Shown in pieces: positions 25,938 to 32,000 of a stretch of DNA of 32,000 nucleotides. Each line of letters begins with the position of its first letter. The stretch's first letter is position 1. Made by a program: the position numbers and the translations under genes. The notes under the pieces were generated by a model. It was not told the origin of the DNA and did no database searches. It saw only the letters and a program-made list of their open reading frames with translations. This DNA is from Candidatus Saccharimonadota bacterium (GTDB lineage Bacteria > Patescibacteriota > Saccharimonadia > Saccharimonadales > UBA4665). The stretch lies in contig CP064993.1 of assembly GCA_016699955.1 (NCBI GenBank), forward strand, positions 720,001 through 752,000. Direction: 5' to 3'.

Positions 25938-26014
25938 GGCCCCGTCGTCTAGTGGTTTAGGACATCTGGTTCTCATCCAGAAAATCGCGGGTTCGAACCC
26001 CGCCGGGGTCACCA
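25938..26014 (+). tRNA. tRNA-Glu (anticodon CTC), CCA encoded
   Basis: Manual cloverleaf: acceptor GGCCCCG/CGGGGTC, anticodon stem TCTGG/CCAGA with loop TTCTCAT, T-arm GCGGG-TTCGAAC-CCCGC, discriminator A, CCA. The GUCUAG..GG..AGGAC D-arm is typical of tRNA-Glu. Confidence 0.93.
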
Positions 26015-26017
26015 AGT

Positions 26018-26046
26018 AAAAAGCTCTACCACGGGTAGGGCTTTTT
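26018..26046. terminator. bidirectional intrinsic terminator between tRNA-Glu and rlmH
   Basis: AAAA-AGCTCTACC-ACG-GGTAGGGCT-TTTT: a 9-bp stem (one G-U) flanked by an A-tract and a T-tract. It overlaps the rlmH stop codon by 2 nt. Confidence 0.6.
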
Positions 26047-26476
26047 ACTTATGATACGGTAAGCCGGAGATGATAGTGCTGGCGCGGTAAAGGGCTTCTA
26101 GAGTAACGACCATGGCAAGGTCGTGCGGTAGCGTGAGGCGGCCAAGTGACCAACGATAGTCGGCGGCATCACGCACTTGCTGGGGCAAACCATTTGGTCC
26201 GCCAATGATAAAACAGACTTCCCTGCTTTCGAGTTCTCTGGCTCGCACAAAATCTGCCAATGTTTCAGATGTATATTCCATCCCATTTATTTCTAGCACC
26301 ATTGTTACGGTGTCTTGCGTTTCACCTAGGATCTTTTTGGCGTCATCAGCGTATTTGTCACTTAAATGCGTTACGCGTAGCTGGTGAAGCCGCCCCAACC
26401 GCTGCGCGTACTCCTCAAACCCTAGCTTTGCATATGCAAGCTTAGGCTTGCCGATTGTTAGTAGGTGTAGTCGCAT
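26045..26476 (-). CDS. rlmH: 23S rRNA (pseudouridine1915-N3)-methyltransferase RlmH
   Basis: 143-aa SPOUT protein. IIGGPNGL and LSLGRLTLPH-type motifs are present (WSLGRLTLPHDLA). Confidence 0.9.
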   Translation of the reverse strand: MRLHLLTIGKPKLAYAKLGFEEYAQRLGRLHQLRVTHLSDKYADDAKKILGETQDTVTMVLEINGMEYTSETLADFVRARELESREVCFIIGGPNGLPQQVRDAADYRWSLGRLTLPHDLAMVVTLEALYRASTIISGLPYHK

Positions 26477-26763
26477 ATCTTTGTGGTTCTGGTACTCATG
26501 ATAAAAATGCCGATGACAGCCTCTGCTGCCGCGTCAGAAATGTGTTCCATTGTTTACCGAACGGGCTTGGCTTCTGGATGCATAGCAACATAGTAGCAAA
26601 AACATAGTAGTAAATTACAGGCCAAAACTTACATTCCAGAATCATCTCGCTTACAGTTTCATGCTAGTTTCAAAGGCCATAGCATGAAGAACTAGAATGT
26701 TGAAGTTAGATAAGGAATGGTTGACGATGGGAGATGGGGAGTTAGGGGTGGATTTTGGCAATA

Positions 26764-27396
26764 TTACGAGTGCTGGATGATGGCAAGGTTATGCGAAGTG
26801 GTAATGGTTTCGGACCGGAAGTGTTCGTTTACGGCACGGGCGACGCCGGGGAGTGCTTCGCGGGAGTAATCATCGACAACAATAGTACTACCTTGCGTCA
26901 TGTGAGGAAGGACAAGGTTGAGTGAACCGCGTATGCTTTCATAAAAGTCACCATCAAGAAATGCGAATGCGATTTTGTCGGGAATGCTGGTATCCGTAAG
27001 GTCTTTGAACCAGGCTTTGTGAACAATGGGTGGCTGAAGGTGAGCTTTTTTGAACTCAAGCAGGAACTGTTTTTTGCTGATGGCAAGTTGGCCCGCGGTA
27101 AACTGCTCCCCTGTTATAGACGTATCCCAGGTGGATTTTGGCGGCAGACCCTCAAAACTGTCGTAGACATGAAATGCCCGCTCTGAGCCATCGCTCCCTA
27201 GTAATTGTTGGTCGAGGAGCCGTCGAATGAAGAGACTCGTTGTGCCGACGTAACAGCCAAATTCAACAATGTCTCCTTCGATATAGGCGTCTAGGACGCG
27301 CTGAAGCTGGTGCAGTATAACCTCGACCTGTTGTTTGCTAACCTGATCAGAAATGAGAGTGTGTTTGTGGAGTATTGTGCTTATATGATTGATCAT
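26764..27396 (-). CDS. TylF/MycF-like class I SAM-dependent methyltransferase
   Basis: GDIVEFGCYVGTTS (SAM loop), YDSFEGLP, and FLDGDFYESI...GSTIVVDDY match the macrocin-O-methyltransferase family pattern. Confidence 0.75.
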   Translation of the reverse strand: MINHISTILHKHTLISDQVSKQQVEVILHQLQRVLDAYIEGDIVEFGCYVGTTSLFIRRLLDQQLLGSDGSERAFHVYDSFEGLPPKSTWDTSITGEQFTAGQLAISKKQFLLEFKKAHLQPPIVHKAWFKDLTDTSIPDKIAFAFLDGDFYESIRGSLNLVLPHMTQGSTIVVDDYSREALPGVARAVNEHFRSETITTSHNLAIIQHS

Positions 27397-27455
27397 TTTG
27401 TATTGAACTTTGAATCCTGAACATTACTTACTGGGCTTCAAGCAAACTACCATTA

Positions 27456-28205
27456 CTAGAACGTTTGCCATAGGTGGTCAAAAAGCTCTTTCTGCATGTT
27501 GGTGACGCCGGGGTTGTCGATAACAATTGCCGAAAGAACGTTTGTGTCGCCGAGCGTTATCAGGGCTGTTTTGTTGCCGTATATGAGGGTGTAGCAATTT
27601 GGAGCCTCTCCGCGAGTTGCTGGAAACTCTTTGCGTTCACTTAATTCATCTTGACTACTGCCGCTGCCAACGCCAATCACTCGAACACTAATCTCGTCTG
27701 CTATCCGGCGTTGAGTAAAATTTGGAAAATTATGGTAAAGATATTGGCGAACGCGTTTCGTAGAGATAACCCGGTATGCTGGGTTTTTCTGCTCGCGGCA
27801 GGTGGCAAGCACATCCCGTAAAATGGCTGCAATCCCCTCGTGGTCTTCGTAAAAGGTAGCGAAAGACACAACTTGAGCAGTGTCGCTACTGGGTTTTGGT
27901 AGATTGGCGATGTATTCCGCGGCGAGTGATTGGGCGACTGCGGCCTGTTCTTGCCGTTCTTTAAGCAGCTCGATGATGACGTCGGGGTTGCTGGCAGTAT
28001 AGCGTCGCTGCTTACCAACCTCTATTGAGCCGACCAAGCCCTGTTCTGCGAGCCGCTTCATGCTTTCGTAGACGCTGCCGCGGTTTATCCCTGTGTCGGC
28101 GGCAATCTTTCGCAGCGAGCTCTGGGGGTTTTCTACCAGCGCCTCATATACTCGTCTGTCACGAGTTTCTAAGCCAATTTCCTCAAATCGAAATGATTCT
28201 GCCAT
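27456..28205 (-). CDS. TrmB-family transcriptional regulator
   Basis: N-terminal winged HTH (IGLETRDRRVYEALVENPQSSLRKIAADTGINRGSVYESMKRLAEQGLV) followed by a TrmB-like C-terminal domain. Confidence 0.8.
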   Translation of the reverse strand: MAESFRFEEIGLETRDRRVYEALVENPQSSLRKIAADTGINRGSVYESMKRLAEQGLVGSIEVGKQRRYTASNPDVIIELLKERQEQAAVAQSLAAEYIANLPKPSSDTAQVVSFATFYEDHEGIAAILRDVLATCREQKNPAYRVISTKRVRQYLYHNFPNFTQRRIADEISVRVIGVGSGSSQDELSERKEFPATRGEAPNCYTLIYGNKTALITLGDTNVLSAIVIDNPGVTNMQKELFDHLWQTF

Positions 28206-28289
28206 ATTTATAGGTATACTAGCATATTCCGGGGCTGTATGGTGTCAGAAAAATACGGCCAAATCTATTTTGCGGGAGGATGTAGTAAG

Positions 28290-28856
28290 TTACAGGATGT
28301 TTGAGCGAGTTGTAATGAGGGTTTTTTCGAAGTTGCGGAATATTTCTAGGCCGCGCGCTTGCCATTCAAACTCAAAGTACTCCCACAGGACGGCAGCGTC
28401 GTCAAATGCGCGGTGGCGATGCGCCACGTCTATCCCCTGCCGTTCAATGATGCGGTCTAGTGCGTGACTGTGCTGCGCTGGATATAACAGTCGGTCAAGT
28501 CGAACGGTACACCCTCGGTCCATACGAAACATACGCCCGAGGCGGCGATATTCTTCTCGGATAAACCCGTAATCAAAGTTTACGTGGTGAGCGACAAATA
28601 TTGCCTGATCCAAAAATTGCTCCAGTTCTGTGGCAACGTCTTTAAATGTCGGCTGCCCCGATACCATCGCATTGTTAATACCAGTGAGCCGTGTGATGAA
28701 CGGCGGAACGGCGCACTCTGGATCAATCAGTTGGTTGAACACGCCACTGACTGCGCCATTTTCGATGCGGATTGCTCCTATTTCGGTAATACGTGACCAG
28801 TGCGGACTTCCGCCCGTTGTCTCAATGTCTAAAAATACGATTGGTCGGTGTTGCAT
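28290..28856 (-). CDS. DEDDh 3'-5' exonuclease (DnaQ/epsilon-like)
   Basis: ExoI FLDIETTG, ExoII AHHVNFDYGFI, ExoIII HRAFDDAAV. Its ATG lies 2 nt after the polymerase stop codon. Confidence 0.88.
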   Translation of the reverse strand: MQHRPIVFLDIETTGGSPHWSRITEIGAIRIENGAVSGVFNQLIDPECAVPPFITRLTGINNAMVSGQPTFKDVATELEQFLDQAIFVAHHVNFDYGFIREEYRRLGRMFRMDRGCTVRLDRLLYPAQHSHALDRIIERQGIDVAHRHRAFDDAAVLWEYFEFEWQARGLEIFRNFEKTLITTRSNIL

Positions 28857-28858
28857 GG

Positions 28859-30127
28859 TTATTGTCTCTTTAAGAGTAGGTCAAAGTATTCTGTACCGCC
28901 GAAGGGTATCTTCTGGCGGACCGTGCGGGTGCCGGTGAGTGTGTCTGCCGAGTAGACGGTAAACGCGCCGTAGTTGTCATTGATTTCGTCGACGGCACTG
29001 GTGAGGTAGTCTGCCTTGGCCAGGTCTTCGAAAAGGCCGAGTTGACTGCGCGTGGAAGGCTGCAGGTGGTATAAGTAAAGCCCCATAGTGCGCACCACCA
29101 TGCCTTTTGGTCGTTGATCAAATAGACTAGCAACGCGCTCCCAAATAGTGCTGTTAGTGTAGCACGCTGTTTTGTACAGTTTTTTTACAATGCACTCTCC
29201 TCCAGCCTGAAAGCTGAGCCACACGCAAACGCCACGTGCTTCGGCTTGCCGGTAACGTAGTTTTATGCCGGTTGTTTCAGCGAGAAAGTGCAAGCAAGAG
29301 CGCAAATATGCGTCTTCTGCTGTTGGGCTTGCGACAACCCACTGTCGCCCTACCATACCGAGCTGAGTTTGAAAATCGTCTACCTCATAGCCACGTAGCC
29401 TGTTGTACCAATGTATACCGTTGATACTGCGAAAAACAACTCGTCGCAACAGGCGTTCTGGTGCCGCCAGGAACTCAAGCGGTGTTGTGATACCGTGCGC
29501 TCGTAGTCGTGCGCCGTAACCATCGGCAATGCCACTTAGGTCTTGCAGATCTAGCCCTCGGTATACCGCTAGGAGATTTTGGTGATCAATGACGTCTAGA
29601 CCGTCCGGTTTGTGGAGGCCTGCGGCAGTTTTGGCCAGAAATCGATTTGGGGCAATGCCAACGTTTATCTTGGTGTAGTCACCTATTTCCCGTTTGACTC
29701 GTTGCTTGATTTCGTAGCCAATTTCAACGATTTTTTCGGTTTTGCTCTCGAGAAGCGTATGATGAAAATCTAAAATGCCTTCATCGATACTGCGCATTTT
29801 GATGTGCGGGGTGTAGTCTTGCATGATGCGGCACAGGTTTTTGTAGACGTGGTTATACTTGGGTGGGTCTGTTTCGAGCATAATGAAGTCTGGACAGATT
29901 GCCATAGCTTCGCTGCGCCGCACGCCTACCTTTATGCCGAGAGCTTTCGCTTCATAGCTTGCGGCTATGACACAGCACTCTGGGCTTAAACGGTTCGTGA
30001 CTCCCATGGGGCGGCCGCGCAGACTCGGGTGCGCTTGTTGTTCGGCGGTGGCGAACGCACTGTTGAGGTCAACCCACATAATACTAGGGGCTTCAGTGTT
30101 TAGCCGAAAATTTTTCTGATATTTCAT
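28859..30127 (-). CDS. Y-family (DinB/UmuC-like) translesion DNA polymerase
   Basis: WVDLNSAFATAEQ (first catalytic Asp), IAASYEAKALGIKVG, and SIDEGILDF (catalytic D/E). The start at 30127 forms an ATGA overlap with the upstream ORF's stop. Confidence 0.88.
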   Translation of the reverse strand: MKYQKNFRLNTEAPSIMWVDLNSAFATAEQQAHPSLRGRPMGVTNRLSPECCVIAASYEAKALGIKVGVRRSEAMAICPDFIMLETDPPKYNHVYKNLCRIMQDYTPHIKMRSIDEGILDFHHTLLESKTEKIVEIGYEIKQRVKREIGDYTKINVGIAPNRFLAKTAAGLHKPDGLDVIDHQNLLAVYRGLDLQDLSGIADGYGARLRAHGITTPLEFLAAPERLLRRVVFRSINGIHWYNRLRGYEVDDFQTQLGMVGRQWVVASPTAEDAYLRSCLHFLAETTGIKLRYRQAEARGVCVWLSFQAGGECIVKKLYKTACYTNSTIWERVASLFDQRPKGMVVRTMGLYLYHLQPSTRSQLGLFEDLAKADYLTSAVDEINDNYGAFTVYSADTLTGTRTVRQKIPFGGTEYFDLLLKRQ

Positions 30128-30399
30128 GTGCTGCCTCCTGGAATGATGGCGGTGAGTGTCCAAGTCAGTGCCTCGGCGTCAAACTCGAGCCGGTAATCAT
30201 CGCAGCCGTCGGAAACATCGAACACATGAATCATGCGCTTCCCCTTTGCGGTTGGATGGCGCAAGCCGAGCTGCGTAAAGGTAACGTCACGGTTCTTGTA
30301 GCGCATTTTGTAAGGCTGCGCGATTGAACTTGGTTCGGTGTGGACGTGAAATAAGATGACAACGCTAACACGCTCGTCGCAAATAATAGTGGGGTTCAT
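30124..30399 (-). CDS. small unknown protein P91, paralog of P83, translationally coupled to the polymerase
   Basis: Shares the pattern P..(I/M).Y..R.VTF...GLR.....G...I..FD(M/V)S......YR(I/L)......W.L with ORF 30607-30858. Its stop overlaps the polymerase start. Confidence 0.55.
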   Translation of the reverse strand: MNPTIICDERVSVVILFHVHTEPSSIAQPYKMRYKNRDVTFTQLGLRHPTAKGKRMIHVFDVSDGCDDYRLEFDAEALTWTLTAIIPGGST

Positions 30400-30420
30400 G
30401 AGGTGTGTTGCCTAGTGGGT

Positions 30421-30606
30421 TTATGAGGTCCAGCGTAGGCTTTCTCCCCAGTGTTTGATTGGCCGTTTGGCGCGGAATACATCGCCAATAATACGACGGT
30501 GAGGCGGGCTGAGATCAAATGGCGTTCGCAGTGTGACGGCTTGTGCTCCCGGGAAATAACGCTGTATCTGCCCGATATCCTCAGTGAGGTACTGCCTATT
30601 TTTCAT
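30421..30606 (-). CDS. small basic unknown protein P61
   Basis: Its ATG immediately follows the TAA of the upstream ORF (TAAATG at 30604-30609). No motif; support is positional only. Confidence 0.4.
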   Translation of the reverse strand: MKNRQYLTEDIGQIQRYFPGAQAVTLRTPFDLSPPHRRIIGDVFRAKRPIKHWGESLRWTS

Positions 30607-30858
30607 TTAAAAAGCTCCTTTCCGGCCGAGCAACATCCATCTGTCACCGCTTCGACTGATTCGGTAGGTATGGCCGTCCTCAGTGCTCATGTCGAATAGC
30701 TGGATTGCTTCTTGCCCGCGTTGGACAAGGTAGCGTAGGCCGTTCATAAACGTCACAGCCCTGCCACCGTATTCAATCTCGCGCGGGAATGTTTTCATTG
30801 TCTGGCCGGCAAAATAGAGGGCATTTATAGTAACTTCTTGGTTGATAACTTGGGTCAT
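30607..30858 (-). CDS. small unknown protein P83, paralog of P91, first gene of the cassette
   Basis: ATG 30858 is preceded by GGAGGA (10-nt spacing). It shows sequence similarity to P91. The ORF-track start at 31104 adds an implausible non-ATG extension. Confidence 0.6.
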   Translation of the reverse strand: MTQVINQEVTINALYFAGQTMKTFPREIEYGGRAVTFMNGLRYLVQRGQEAIQLFDMSTEDGHTYRISRSGDRWMLLGRKGAF

Positions 30859-30914
30859 GGCTGACTTTCCTCCATTACATTTCATTAATTTTTGTCGATA
30901 AAGCTTTAGAACGA

Positions 30915-30946
30915 CAAAAAGCCGAAGTCGTAATAACTCTTTCGGC
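30915..30946 (-). terminator. terminator-like hairpin (GCCGAA-14 nt-TTCGGC-TTTTT) in the spacer upstream of the cassette
   Basis: Read on the minus strand. The 6-bp stem and long loop make it weak. It could end the upstream two-component operon or attenuate the cassette. Confidence 0.35.
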
Positions 30947-31227
30947 AACGGGTTTTGTTGGTAGGTGCCTGTCACGCTCGCGACCGTTTCACGCGGGGTG
31001 GGTATAAGGAACCTGTTTTGAGTAATGAAGGCGCACAGTGACCGAAGTGTGATTGCCTGAAATATAGTCTGCGAGGTAAAAACCTTAAACAGGTCAGTCC
31101 TCACATGGCTGGATTACTTAATATACGCTTGTGTTTACGACTTGCATAGTGTCGTTTTAACCACAAGACAGCATAGGCAGGCGGTTTCGCCCACGCAAGG
31201 TCGCCAATTGCTCTTCAAATTCTGATC

Positions 31228-31647
31228 TTAGGTCGTTGCCGGTTCGAGTTTACTCAGAAACTCTACCAGTTGATGGGGAGTTATTTCTGCTTTGACAAGG
31301 TAGCCGTCGGCCTGGTGCTCGATATCGGCACGGACGTCATCGCGCTGTTCGAGGTTCGTCGTAATGATTATTTTTGCATGCATCTTGGGCGTCTGACGAG
31401 GGTCACGCAAGGTGCGCAGAACCTCGATGCCGGTAATACTGGGCACCATAAGGTCAAGCAAGATAATATCGTATGCGTCTGTTTGGGCGGCCGCTAAGCC
31501 GTTTTGGCCATCGAGCTGAACATCGACTTCGTAACCGGCTTTGGTCAGAGCTCGGGCGTAGAGCTCACTAATAAAATGTTCATCCTCAACGCAGAGGACT
31601 TTTCGAAGCGTTGGGGTTGGAGTGGGAATGGGTGTGTCTGGTTGCAT
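31228..31647 (-). CDS. stand-alone receiver (CheY-like) response regulator
   Basis: VLCVEDE...DIILLDLMVP...TT...GYLVK receiver motifs, with no output domain. Confidence 0.9.
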   Translation of the reverse strand: MQPDTPIPTPTPTLRKVLCVEDEHFISELYARALTKAGYEVDVQLDGQNGLAAAQTDAYDIILLDLMVPSITGIEVLRTLRDPRQTPKMHAKIIITTNLEQRDDVRADIEHQADGYLVKAEITPHQLVEFLSKLEPATT

Positions 31648-31655
31648 AGTTTCCT

Positions 31656-32000
31656 TTATTCGCGGTAGAGCGAGTGATTTTTTATCCAGCCGTGGGCTCC
31701 GCGGGTGATGCCATTAGTATTGCCTGTTTTGCCCTGTTCTGCAAGTTTGGTGTATGGCAAGACGGTGAATGTAAATGTGCTTCCCTCGTCAACTTTGCTA
31801 TTGACCGATATTTGCCCGCCGTGTGCCTGCACAATAGCTCGACTCAGGTAGAGGCCTAGACCTGTGCCACCTATCTGAGCGCGGTTACGGTGGTTGCGGT
31901 AAAATTTATCGAAAATATGTGGCAAGATTGAAGAATCTATACCAAGGCCAAAATCTTTTACGCTGGTCTCGACAAGACCATTTGCGTTGAGGCTGGCGGA
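31656..32000 (-). CDS. sensor histidine kinase, C-terminal HATPase_c part (5' end outside window)
   Basis: The frame is open to the window edge. VKDFGLGIDSSILPHIFDKFYR and GGTGLGLYLSRAIV are G1/G2-box motifs. Confidence 0.85.
   Translation of the reverse strand, partial: SASLNANGLVETSVKDFGLGIDSSILPHIFDKFYRNHRNRAQIGGTGLGLYLSRAIVQAHGGQISVNSKVDEGSTFTFTVLPYTKLAEQGKTGNTNGITRGAHGWIKNHSLYRE

Noticed and set aside
25782-26015. 77-aa minus-strand ORF
   Set aside because: It overlaps the tRNA-Glu gene on the opposite strand, so it is spurious.
30863-30873. GGAGGAAAGTC on the minus strand resembles the RNase P RNA CR-I motif (GAGGAAAGUCC)
   Set aside because: It sits 10 nt upstream of ATG 30858 and works as a Shine-Dalgarno site. 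I found no matching P4 partner (ACAGAA..CCGGCUUA-like) or other RNase P conserved regions nearby.
30859-31104. ORF-track 5' extension of P83 (165 aa)
   Set aside because: It has a non-ATG start and an odd composition, and it lies upstream of a strong GGAGGA-ATG initiation site at 30858.
1-32000. CRISPR arrays, IS elements, integrases, prophage genes or known defence systems
   Set aside because: I saw no repeat-spacer periodicity, no transposase, integrase or recombinase-like ORFs, and no terminal inverted repeats flanking any gene block.

Overview
The window looks like chromosomal DNA from a small-genome bacterium. Gene content and organisation resemble Patescibacteria/CPR, possibly Saccharibacteria, but that is inference only. 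I found no transposase, integrase, CRISPR array or rRNA.

Layout:
- Plus strand, 1-9.8 kb: two small promoter-driven ORFs, then a stripped-down dcw cluster (mraZ, rsmH, ftsL-like, ftsI, mraY, ftsW, murG, ftsQ-like). It lacks murE/F/D/C, ddl, ftsA and ftsZ.
- Minus strand, 10.5-15.7 kb: dprA (broken), topA, a sigma-region-4/HARE-HTH protein and a tail-anchored hypothetical.
- 15.7-18.5 kb: a promoter-to-terminator noncoding unit of about 420 nt, followed by a 761-aa orphan protein.
- 18.5-26.5 kb: pth, der (frame broken), two hypotheticals, a pseudouridine synthase, a histidine kinase with a response regulator carrying a roughly 400-aa Pro/Thr/Ala-rich tail, tRNA-Glu(CUC) and rlmH.
- 26.7-32 kb: a TylF-like methyltransferase, a TrmB-family regulator, a tightly coupled five-gene cassette, and a second two-component pair cut by the window edge.

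Best candidates for something undescribed:
1. The translesion cassette at 28290-30858: three small unknown ORFs (two of them paralogs), a Y-family polymerase and a DEDDh exonuclease.
2. The structured noncoding unit at 15686-16140 together with the 761-aa orphan.
3. The doubly disrupted dprA.

All calls come from reading the sequence and ORF translations. No database search was run.
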